DNA from: Thraustochytrium aureum
Lineage: Eukaryota
Direction of reading: 5' to 3'
DNA: 20,000 bases
Assembly: GCA_012862495.1 (NCBI GenBank)
Contig: BLSG01000092.1
Coordinates: 69,279 to 89,278, forward strand
The notes beneath the pieces were generated by a model. The model worked only from the letters and a program-made list of their open reading frames with translations, was not told the DNA's origin and made no database searches. Made by a program: the position numbers and the translations under genes. Of this stretch, positions 7,134 to 18,027 are shown in pieces; within the stretch, counting starts at the first letter, position 1, and each line of letters starts with the position of its first letter.

Positions 7134-9331
7134 ATGATGAAACCTCGGGCCCCGCGAGTCGCAGGGCTTGCGGTGCTCCTTCTTGCAGCAGTAGGTCCAC
7201 ACCAGTCGCAGGCGTTTGACTTGGTTTCCCATACCACTGGGGCGTGCACGACATACCCGGACGATGGGTACTGTGCGGAGGTCGGGATGGGGGGCCTCGA
7301 AGTGTTTCGTAAGTTCTCNNNNNNNNNNNNNNNNNNNNNNNNNNNNNNNNNNNNNNNNNNNNNNNNNNNNNNNNNNNNNNNNNNNNNNNNNNNNNNNNNN
7401 NNNNNNNNNNNNNNNNNNNATCAAAGGCTCCGAAGCCCAAAGCGTCCAGCCCAGGCGAACTAACGATTGTCCGTGCAGTCTACACTGGAATCGACATCGC
7501 TGCGAACGACGCCCGGCTACAAAACGACATCCAGCTCATCGAGCGCGCCGCTCAAACCGTCGCAGGGGTCGAGTGCACCAATGCGTTCAAGTTGGTGGTT
7601 TGCGCCTCGTGGTATCCGCCGTGTACCCCCGAGGGCCTTCCAAGGCGGCCGTGCAAGAGCCTCTGCGAAGAAACGCACGCGAAAACGTGCACGAGCGCAT
7701 TCCAAGTGGCGGACTCTGCAGGACTGGGCGGAAAGGTCTTCAAGTGCGACGCGCTAATTGGTGACGAGTCAGTCGCAGAGGCGTACGTCTTCAACGACTA
7801 TCTCGCCGAGTGGGAGGGTCGGCCGCAGTTTGTGGAAGAGGTGTATTCCGAAGACATACTCGGGCGCACGGCGGACCTCTCCTGCGTAAACCAGGACATT
7901 CAGTCTGCGACGTGCAAGGCCACAACGTGTCCGAACCCAACGGTTCTGCGCCGGTATCCAACGCTCAAAGACCTCGCCAAAGGCGACTACTCGTTCGTTA
8001 ACCCAAACGACATCGAGTACTGCGCCAGCCTGACAGAGGTCAACAACTGCTCGAGATGCTTTGATGCCTGTCTTGTCGAGTGTCCAGACCCACTGCTCTA
8101 CTCCAAGTTGGAATACGCTCGCCTTTCGGTCGCAGTTTGGGCTCCCGGCATCATTGCTCTCCCCCTATCTCTCCTGGTGCTCGCTGGGGAGCGTCGAAAG
8201 CTGGCCAGACTGCGGAAGCGCGACTTCACCGACTATCTCGTCGGCATCTGTGCGGCATTGGTTCTATTTCTCGTCCTCATTGACTCGATTCCTGCTTTGC
8301 TATTGGGCTCTGACATAGGCTGCGCAGGGGAGGGTGTCTTCAGCTTTTACACGAATATAGACGGCTCAGATTGGTGCCAGTTCGCCCTGGTCAAGCCCAA
8401 TGTGCTCCAGTCGCTCCTCTTCGCGGTCGCAGCGCTGCTCTATAAAGTGCGCAAGCAGCTTGCAGCGAGCAAATCCATGACCAAGTACACGCCGTCGAAA
8501 CTGTTTCGGCGTGCCGCAGCTGTTCTAGTCTTTGGCGTCCCGCTTGTGCTCGCCGCCGCGAGCTTTTCACTACAGGCCGACTCTCTTTTTCTGGCTTCAG
8601 CTTCCTATCGCGTCGCGAAGGAAGGAGGTCCAGTGCGGTACCCTTCCCTCTTCGTGCCAAACCAGCTCAGATACCTCTTCACGTGCGGACCCAAGTTCAC
8701 CACGGTCACGGAAGAGGTTTTTCTGATCCAGGCCCCACTAGTGATCGCGGGTGTGGTCTCGACGGGGCTCTCGATTTCGCTGCTGCACCTCGTGAGCTCA
8801 ATGGCAGTTGGAAAGGGTTCCGCGCAACGCAGCACCAGATCGGGCCCGACCATGTCTCCGGTGCTCTACACGCTCGCAGTTTCAATGTTGCGGTTTGCTT
8901 TCATTTCGGTCTTTCTCACAATTTTCAACGTCGTGGCAACCTTGCTCTATCTCACCAATGCCATGCAGTTCGGTGAGGAGCTGAGCGACTTCCAGCAGTG
9001 CGTGTTGAGCGGAATTCGGCCCGACTCGTACGAAGACGGCAAGCTCGTGAACTCGAATCTGACCTCATTGGTGAACCCGGACGTCTCGCTCGAGGGCCAA
9101 CTTGCCTTTTGCGGCGATATTCGCAAGAGCAAACCGCCGTTCTCGACGCTGCTCCTGCTCAACTTGAGCCAGAGCTTGCCTTTGTTGATGTTTGGGGCGG
9201 TCTTCGCGGTTCCAGCGCTTAATCAGTTGCGGAAGAAGGCGGCGAGTAGAGGCAAGAGCGTGAGCCCAGGAGCAGGACTGAACTCGAAGTCGGTGCTCCC
9301 CAGCAGCGCTCAAACTTCCACTGGCAAGTAA
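7134..9331 (+). CDS. Frizzled/Smoothened-like class F 7TM receptor, paralog A (exons 7134-7308 and 7479-9331; 675 aa)
   Basis: Signal peptide (MMKPRAPRVAGLAVLLLAAVGPHQSQA); Frizzled-type CRD with 10 Cys including ECTNAFKLVVCASWYPPC..PRRPCKSLCEE; linker CPNP...CLVECPDPLLYS; seven hydrophobic segments; TM6 SMLRF (cf. SMO TMLRL, FZD LMIRI); ECL3 Cys pair ending CGDIRKSKP. Phase-1 intron GTAAGT...ACTAAC...TGCAG restores EVF/LYTGID. Confidence 0.88.
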
Positions 9332-11129
9332 GTAGAGTGTTGTAGGCCTGCCAGTGTAGATAGATAAGTGAAAAGAGTACTTGGCCCAACAACAACATTT
9401 TGGCAGAAGCGAGTCGCGGCCTCTCGGCTGACAGCAGCCTGAAATCAAACCAAAAAAACGTTTGCATTTTGCAAACGCTTTGCCCATCGGGACACGAGTC
9501 CCGAGCAACGGCGTTGCGCGACGACCAATGTCGTCCGTGGCAAACTGCCGACAGAGTTGTGCTTGTGCGAGGTGCTCGCTCGGGTCCCCCTCGCGGATGG
9601 TATCGCGCTGCCAGTCCCCACTGGCAGAGCACTCGAGACTTCTTCTCTCAGGAGCGATGAAAAGCAAGCGAAACCGCCACTCTTCAACAGGCAGGCAGCC
9701 ACCTTCCTTCCCTCATCAGCCTACTTGTAGCGAGGTTCATCAAGGAGGACCGGATTTTCTGTGTCGCACCGAATGGCGGCTGATGCATCGGGTTCGCAAA
9801 CCCGCTCCGCATAACTCTCCCGACTCGGCGATCTCCCACCGCCTGCGCCGGCCGCAGTGGTTTTGAGCGGGCACGTCTCGGGAATCACAAGAGTAGCTTT
9901 CAGCGCGCTTGGCCTGCCCCTGCAAGGCCGCTTGAAAAACAAACGCAAGCAAGCCCATGCCGCCCGCCCATGCAGCAGAAGGGCAGAAACATGAAATGCG
10001 CCCTGTCCAGCAACAACGTCCGGCGCAACTCATGAAGCTGTGAGACTCGGCCGTCCGACTCGCCAACCTCGATGTCACCAGGATTCCGGTGCTGGCGACC
10101 ACTGTCGAAACAGACTCGCAGAGCTCGAGCCCAAACAGCTCTTCCCTGCGAGTGGCCTCGGTCTGAGCGCTCGGTTACTCAGTACTCTACCCTGGTTGCA
10201 ATTAAAACCTCTGTGCAAGCCACGTCTCGGCGCCTCCATGGCTCTGGCAAGCCGCTCTTTCGCCGTGGCTGGGCCTTGACGATGGCCTTGCGTGGAATGG
10301 AGTGACGTCTCGATGCGCTCGATGCTGGTGATCCACGTGGATTCACCGATGAGCCTTCCTATTTATCCGTGTACCGAGGTCTACTCCGTTCTGCGAACGC
10401 GTCTGTGTCGTCGGCCAGGCTGCAGTTGCAGCTTGCCAGCAGGCAGGCCTCGGTCTTCTTGTGGATTGGTACTCTGCGTACCTCTTACCGGTACGCTACA
10501 GTCCTCTTGGTGAGGAAAGTACCCGGTACATCCCATCCCAAGAGGCGACAGCCGATATTGTGGCCGTTGGGTGCGTTCACTTTTGACGGATTCTTGCCCC
10601 TGATGCTGTTGATGGTTGATTGGCGACAGCGCGTGGCGATCCATGGCTTTGGATGAGTGCGCCGCGGTCGGCGTGAAACGGTGGGTCAACGCACTCGCTG
10701 TGCCCAAACGAGTCGAGACCGAAAAAAGCAACAACGTGGGACGGGAGTAAACTTTGCATACGGCTCGCTCGTTTTAACCCCGATCAGGTAAGCCGACATC
10801 TTTGAATCGCAAGAGCGCCAAACGCTTTTTCCTTTCTTTCGAGAGCATTTTGCTCTTCAAAGGATGCGAATGGGACTCGTTAAAGAAGCGTGAAGGCGGT
10901 GGGCGCCCCGGCTCTGGACACGGGTACGCCTGGAGCTCAAGAGATACAACTAAGGGGTGACGGGGCTGAATGAGTATGGCCTTGGCACGAATCTAGCGGC
11001 GCGTCATTGCACAAGCAGACCCCTATCAAAGTGGTCGCGCCTGCCGACAGCCGACAAGCCGCAACGCGAAGACGTCGTCGCTCGTTGGCGCTCCAGAGGC
11101 CAGCACTGTTCACACAACCGCAGCCTACG

Positions 11130-13193
11130 ATGCGGCGCATCCTTGCTTCTGTCATTTTGCTGGTCCTTAGCGCAGCAAACGGCGTTGCCCTCGACTTGGT
11201 TGGGCACGTTGGAGGATCCTGTGTCGAATATCCAAGCGACGGGACCTGCAGTGACTTTGGGTTTGGCGGCCAGATGGTTTTTCGTAAGTTCCGCATGTCG
11301 ATGGCGTCGCAGGGCCTGCGCACGCTAGCTGACCGACCTCGTTGGCACTGGCAGTGTACGACAACCTCGAGCTCTCTTCGAATGACCAACGACTCAAAAC
11401 AAACATGGGCCTCATAATTCGCGCTGCCGAATCCATCGCCGAGGCTTCGTGCACGAACGCAGTGCAGTTTGCGATCTGTTCAACGTGGTTTCCGCTTTGC
11501 CAGAATGGCTTCCCACGACGGCCGTGCAAATCGCAATGCGAGTCGATGGCGAACAACAGCTGCAAGAACGTGATTGACCAGGCGCAAAAGACTGGTCTTG
11601 CCAGCAAAGTCATTTCCTGCGAGGCCACGATTGGGGACGAATCCAAGGCCGACAATCTCATCTTTAACGACTACTTGACAGCTTGGGCTGGGAAACCGGC
11701 CTTCGAGCAAGAGACCTACACCGACACTCTGTTCGGTCGCACAGAGGTGGTGCAGTGCAACGCGCTGGGGGACGAAGCTGCTTGCAAACAATTCGAGTGC
11801 CCGGAGCCCTTGATTCTCAAGCGGTACCCGCTTCTAGAGAACCGCGCCAAGGGCCTTTGGGACTTTGCCTACCCTGGCGACNNNNNNNNNNNNNNNNNNN
11901 NNNNNNNNNNNNNNNNNNNNNNNNNNNNNNNNNNNNNNNNNNNNNNNNNNNNNNNNNNNNNNNNNNNNNNNNNNNNNNNNNNNNNNNNNNNNNNNNNNNN
12001 NNNNNNNNNNNNNNNNNNNNNNNNNNNNNNNNNNNNNNNNNNNNNNNNNNNNNNNNNNNNNNNNNNNNNNNNNNNNNNNNNNNNNNNNNNNNNNNNNNNN
12101 NNNNNNNNNNNNNNNNNNNNNNNNNNNNNNNNNNNNNNNNNNNNNNNNNNNNNNNNNNNNNNNNNNNNNNNNNNNNNNNNNNNNNNNNNNNNNNNNNNNN
12201 NNNNNNNNNNNNNNNNNNNNNNNNNNNNNNNNNNNNNNNNNNNNNNNNNNNNNNNNNNNNNNNNNNNNNNNNNNNNNNNNNNNNNNNNNNGCGGTGGTCT
12301 GCCTTCTGCACAAGGTGCGCAAGCAGCTCCTAGCCAGCAAGGTCATGGCAAAGTATCAGCCGGGGAGGCCTGTTCGGGTGTCCGTCGTTCTAGTTGTGGC
12401 GATCGTTCCCACCCTGCTCGCCATCGTCAGCGCAACGCTCCAAGTGGACGATCTCAAGGAGGGCTCGAGTTCGTACCGGTCGACGATCGGAGAGCCGATT
12501 CGAAGAGTGTCGCTTTTCATTCCAAACAACTTGCGGTACCTCTATACATGCGGGCCAAAGTACGCCTCGGCAACCGAAGAGTACGCGCTCGTCCAGGGGC
12601 CCCAGTTGCTGGCCAGCGCCATCTCGATTGCCCTCTCGCTCTCGCTTCTTAGAATCGTCCATTCGATGACAGTTTCAAGCCGGGGCAGCCAGGGAGCCAA
12701 CAGCTCAAACGCGTCGCCAGCTGCTCGACCAAAGATGTCGCGGACGATGTACCGCCTCGCCGTTTCGATGATTCGGTTTGCGGTAATTTCTTTCATCCTC
12801 GCAATGCTCAACGCGGCAGCGACGTTCTTGTACTTGCCAAACGCGAGAGAGTTTGGGGATGACCTTGGTGGGTTTCTCGAGTGCGCATTAAGTGGGATCC
12901 GGCCAGATTCGTTCAGCGGCGACGAGGTTTCGTCGACGAACTTGACAGACATTGTGAACACAGACAAGACTCTGGCGGGTCAGCTTGCCTTTTGTGGGGA
13001 CATTCGCAAGCAGACGCCGCCGTTCATGACACTCCTGCTCCTCAACCTGAGTCAGAGCTTGCCATTATTGATGTTTGGGGCAGTGTTCGCGACGCCTGCG
13101 ATCTTGCAAATCCGCGCCACACGTGCAAAGCACCACCATAGTCGTATCGCGCCAAAGACTGTGGAAGCCAGCAGCGACGCTTCGGATCTGTAG
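11130..13193 (+). CDS. Frizzled/Smoothened-like class F receptor, paralog B (exons 11130-11283 and 11355-13193; gap 11882-12290 hides the end of the linker through most of TM3)
   Basis: Signal peptide MRRILASVILLVLSAANGVA; CRD SCTNAVQFAICSTWFPLCQNGFPRRPCKSQCE; 71-nt intron 11284-11354 (GTAAGT...GCTGAC...GGCAG) at the same position as in A. C-terminal half is colinear with A (NNLRYLYTCGPK, SMIRFA, LLLLNLSQSLPLLMFGAVFA). Confidence 0.87.
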
Positions 13194-14286
13194 AGTGGCG
13201 TTCTATTCCGCACATCGGGCGCCCAACGACGGTTCGCTGCGGCAAAAACATCACCCTCGAGAATATCTCTTGAAGAGACCGAGCCAGCACATCGCGCGCA
13301 AGTTCTCTCGGCGCAAGCGAGCGGTTGCTGCCCCGGACACGCGAGCAGCTCCGTGCTCCCGAGCTTCGCCGCCTGCTGGGGCAGCATTCGGTTCATACAC
13401 TGACCTACTCTCGGTACTTGGCTACTGTTGAGGAGCACTCTGAGCACCAACTTGAAGTCATTGGGTATTGACTGGGTAGGTAAGCAGGGTCTACGTAGGT
13501 ACTCTACTCTGCACGAGAGAAAGACCATCAGATCGAAGTAGCGCCAACCAGTACTGGCGCTTGATTCTCATGCACTGCAAGTGAGATCCACGCCCGATGC
13601 TGTGCTCGCGCCTCCTGCCAGCCTTCTCCCCAATCCGGCGGATGTTCTTTTTGTACTTGACGAGCCGAACGGATGACACAAGTCTGACAGAAGTCGTCGT
13701 TGTCTGTCGCAACGCTCGGCGATAGGCTACCGGTATACCCTGCTCTGCACAGAATGAATGGCCTTGGCGCAGGGGCTTTGCATTGGCCCATCACCTCTTC
13801 ATCCTTTTCGAAGTGACCGTTTGGGCCAAGTTCGGACGGTTGACTCTTCAATGGGATGTGAATCGTTGACGACACAGCGTGTCGATGAATGGACTAGTTG
13901 GGCGGCTCACGCCTCATGGCCTCGCTCTCGGGTCCGGTTGTTGGCGGATGATACCTACTCCGGCAGCCGTCGTGTAACGGTGGGTCGACACCTGCTTTCC
14001 CATGATGTCCCATCCTCAAGCCGAGCGGAGCGAAAACCGTGTAGCCGTTGCGAGTTGCTGGGACATTCACTCGGTGCAAATCAAGGTCATCACTTTTAAC
14101 TTTACGGTGACTTGCAAAAATCCACAGCGACAGCCGTCCAGGGTTGCCGAGGCGGCCGCCGCTGTGGTCGGTAGAGTTAGCGCCCCAAAAGCATGTCAGC
14201 ATGAAAGCCGCGTGCCTTCCGTGAGGTACCTAGACTAGACTAGTTACTTCGAGAGTCAAACACAGCGAAGCGCCCTGCCTCAGACA

Positions 14287-14385
14287 CCGTCAATCAGGAG
14301 AAGGACCCAAGCATCGTCCGTCAACCAGGAGAAGGACCCAAGCATCGTCCGTCAACCAAGAGGGAACTCAGTCAGGAGAAGGACC
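14287..14385. repeat. 31-bp tandem direct repeat (about 2.3 copies plus a partial core) upstream of paralog C
   Basis: ccgtcaatcaggagaaggacccaagcatcgt / ccgtcaaccaggagaaggacccaagcatcgt / ccgtcaacca, then tcaggagaaggacc at 14372-14385. Confidence 0.9.
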
Positions 14386-14707
14386 AAAATACAGCGCACA
14401 GCAACCTGCCAAAGATAGGTCAATGGCACAATGAGGCATGGCGGCCGGCCACTGCACTCGCTTGCCATGAGCGGGAACTCTTCGTCTCAGACATGAGCAG
14501 GCATTTTCCGTCTTGAAAGCCCGGCAGCCGCATCGCCTCCGTATGTACATCAATTGCGATGGTGCATGCATGAGCCATGACAGGCAGACCCCAAAGGAAA
14601 AGCTGCGCCTACACTGGCGTTCGCCACGCATTGGTTCCAAGCCACAACACACTTACTCCTCTTTCAAGATCAAGCATTCCGCTCCTTACGGAACTCCAAC
14701 CTGAACC

Positions 14708-16757
14708 ATGCGGCCCGTCCTCGCTGCAGCGTCTACGCTCGCCCTGGGCGCCACGAACGTTGCCGCTCTCAGCGTGGTTGGCCATGCAGGAGGGTCCTGC
14801 GTCGAGTACCCGAGCGATGGGGTCTGCAGCGATTTTGGGTTCAGCGGCCAGATGGTTTTTCGTAAGTTTGGCACGGACCTGCCTGCTGGTTGGGCACATA
14901 CCATACCTGCCTGCTGGTTGGGCGCGTCAGGCTACGCGCACGTTCGCTGACCGAAGTCTTGGCCCCGCCTGGGCAGTGTATGACGGCCTCGACATCGTTT
15001 CGAACGACCAGCGACTCAAAACCGACATTGACCTCATCATGCGCGCTGCCTCGTCGATCGCCGACGCGTCTTGCACGAGCGTTTTCCAGTTTGCGATTTG
15101 CGCAAGTTGGTTTCCGCTCTGCCAGGACGACTTCCCGCGGCGCCCGTGCAAGTCGCAGTGTGGGACGATGGTGAATACCCTTTGCACGAGCGCGTTCGAC
15201 CTGGCTCGCAAGTCTGGCCTTGGGAACAAGCTGATCGACTGCGACGCGAAGATTGGCGACGAAACCAAGGCCGACAATCTCATCTTTAACGACTACTTGA
15301 CAGCTTGGGCTGAGAAACCGGCCTTCGAGCAGGAGACCTACACCGACACTCTGTTCGGCCGCACAGAAGAGGTGCAATGCAGCTCGCTTGGGGAGGAGGC
15401 CGCCAAAGCAGCTTGCAAGCAACTCGAGTGCCCAGAGCCCTTGGTTCTCAAGCGGTACCCGCTCCAAGAGAACCGCTCCAAGGGCTTGTGGGGCTTTGCC
15501 AAGCCTGAAGANNNNNNNNNNNNNNNNNNNNNNNNNNNNNNNNNNNNNNNNNNNNNNNNNNNNNNNNNNNNNNNNNNNNNNNNNNNNNNNNNNNNNNNNN
15601 NNNNNNNNNNNNNNNNNNNNNNNNNNNNNNNNNNNNNNNNNNNNNNNNNNNNNNNNNNNNNNNNNNNNNNNNNNNNNNNNNNNNNNNNNNNNNNNNNNNN
15701 NNNNNNNNNNNNNNNNNNNNNNNNNNNNNNNNNNNNNNNNNNNNNNNNNNNNNNNNNNNNNNNNNNNNNNNNNNNNNNNNNNNNNNNNNNNNNNNNNNNN
15801 NNNNNNNNNNNNNNNNNNNNNNNNNNNNNNNNNNNNNNNNNNNNNNNNACTGTGGTCTGTCTGCTCTACAAGGTACGCCAGCAGCTCCTAGCCAGCAAGG
15901 TCATGGCCAAGTACCAGCCGCGAAAGGCCGTTCGACTGGCTGTCGTTTCCTTGGTGGTCGTCGTGCCTCTCGCACTCGCAGCCCTCAGCGGGGCCCTGCA
16001 AGTTGACGACCTCGAGGAGGGCTCGACGTCCTACCGGGCGGCACTCGGGAAACCGATCCGCAGAGTGTCGCTTTTCGTTCCGAACAACCTGCGCTACCAG
16101 TATACCTGTGGGCCAAAGTACGCCTCGGCGACAGAAGAGTACGCGCTCGTTCAAGTGCCGTTGTTGTTTGCCGGTGTCGTCTCGATTGCTCTCTCCGTCT
16201 CTCTAATCAGAATTGTGCACTCCATGTCAGTCGCAAGTCGGAGCAGCAAAGGAACCGACGTCTCCAACAACGACTTGGCCAAGTCTGCGCCAAAGATGTC
16301 GCGGACGATGTACCGCCTCGCCGTCTCGATGATTCGCTTCGCGGTAATCGCTTTCTTTCTCGCGCTTCTCAACGCGGCAGCGACGTTTGCATACCTGCCC
16401 CACGCGAGAGACTTTGGCGAAGCGCTCAGTGGGTTTCACTCGTGTGCACTAAGTGGAATCCGCCCAGATTCGTACAGCGGAGACGAGGTTTCGTCGACGA
16501 ACTTGACAAACCTTGTGAATACGAACAAGACGCTGGCAGGCCAGCTCGACTTTTGCGGGGACATCCGAGAGCAGGCCCCGCCATTCTTCACGCTTCTGCT
16601 CCTCAACCTGAGTCAGAGCCTGCCTCTGCTGATGTTTGGGGCGGTGTTCGCGATGCCTGCGATTGCGCAGATCCGCGCCACGCGTGCTAAAGTCGTTCGG
16701 AGTCGCATCTCGCCAAAGACGGTTGAAGCCACCAGCGAGGCAAGTTCTGGCATGTAG
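14708..16757 (+). CDS. Frizzled/Smoothened-like class F receptor, paralog C (exons 14708-14861 and 14977-16757; gap 15512-15848)
   Basis: Signal peptide MRPVLAAASTLALGATNVAA; CRD SCTSVFQFAICASWFPLCQDDFPRRPCKSQCG; 115-nt intron 14862-14976 (GTAAGT...GCTGAC...GGCAG) at the same codon. Closest to paralog B. Confidence 0.87.
14877..14923. repeat. 19-bp direct repeat (period 28) inside the paralog C intron
   Basis: acctgcctgctggttgggc at 14877-14895 and 14905-14923; accounts for much of the intron's extra length relative to paralog B. Confidence 0.85.
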
Positions 16758-18027
16758 CCAAAGAGCAGAGCAGACCGCTACTTCAGACTAGTACTCTTGC
16801 TCCAGGGAGAGAGAGAGTACTACTTGGCTACTAGTAAGAAAGAAAGGTGATGATGCGCGTCCAGGGCCGGCGAACTTGTTCAGCTCTGACTCAAACTTGT
16901 CAAACTGGCGCGGATCCCCGATTCCAGTTTTGCGATCAACGTCAGCCAGATCGGTGCAGCACCGGCCGACCTTGTCCAGTCCTTTCCAATTGCGGCTTTT
17001 TTCGGACAATAAAAGCGAGACACGACGCAGCCCGACAATACCGCCTCAACTACAACAGCTTGGTTGCAAGCACACGCGAATGGGCATACCTGCTCACGGT
17101 AGAGTCGGTTCGAGAATCAGTCTCCATCATCCACCAACCCAAGAGCGTCTCGCCCCAAAGCAAAGAACAGGAACAGCCTGCGCCCGCCTCCACTTGCATG
17201 TGCCCTCGCGGGACGACCCTTTGCGGCGAGCACGAGAAGCATCCTTGGCGCGAACACAGTCTCAACCCGGCCTGTGGGAGGCGAGATGACGAACATCACT
17301 GTTCGCGCCTTCGTGGGCGAGCCTGCCGGGTTGGCTTATGGGCAGTCAAGTGGCTCACGAGACGAAGATCTCGGAACATCTCCATCAGCAGGGCGTGGCT
17401 GATCTCTCGCACGTGCTTTGGATGTAAATCGAAAAAAAAATCACGCTCGTGCTCGACGCGGTGCACTTCAACGCCACCGCGCGGTTTGGGGGCGTGGCCA
17501 TCACGGCCTCCCAGAAGCTGCCCTTCCGACGTGGGCACGAACGTCCCGAGACAAACTTGTTGGCGATCATCCGCAGATCGACATTGTTGGTCCAAGCAAA
17601 CCCTTGGTGGACCAGCAGGAGAAACCCAGACCAACCCTGCCTGCGTGCCCCGGCCCACGATATGGACGAACCACTTCACAGATTGCTCTGCTCTGGGTCG
17701 TACTAGTAGGCTCGTCGGCGAGCTTGAGAATGGATTGGTTTGGAATGGGGGAAAAGGCGGTAGATCCGTTGAGAAATTGGTCGCCGCCAGCGCGGTCGAA
17801 GGAAGGCCGGGCAGCCGTCCTCCGGGCGCGATACGCTGCAAACCAGCGGATGGCAGGCGCTTGATTTAATCGAACTCGTGGTGTCGGATGTGCAGTGGCC
17901 TTCCAGCCCTGCTGCGTGCCGCTGAGTGAAGAATCAATCGGCCCGGGCGCGCTGGGCGCGGCGCTCGAACGTGCAAGCGACGACCGCTGACGCACCCCTG
18001 GCGCTGAGGCCGGGCCGGGCGTGGCAG

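Noticed and set aside
9328..9333. GTAAGT donor overlapping the paralog A stop codon
   Set aside because: Paralogs B and C end after C-tails of similar length, so TAA at 9329-9331 is the simpler reading, and I found no convincing downstream exon.
9400..11000. Short ORFs and a tRNA-like GGTTCG near 9791 in the A-B spacer
   Set aside because: No coding-like composition or recognisable motifs, and no cloverleaf could be built.
11882..12290. Frameshift or pseudogene in paralog B
   Set aside because: The frame change falls within an N gap of estimated length (409 versus 411 nt expected from paralog A); both flanks are intact.
14287..14385. CRISPR-like array
   Set aside because: Repeats are directly adjacent without unique spacers, the context is eukaryotic, and there are no cas genes.
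14577..14976. Unspliced N-terminus of the 726-aa ORF
   Set aside because: Read-through of the intron. The signal peptide and first two CRD Cys lie in exon 14708-14861 in another frame, matching paralogs A and B.
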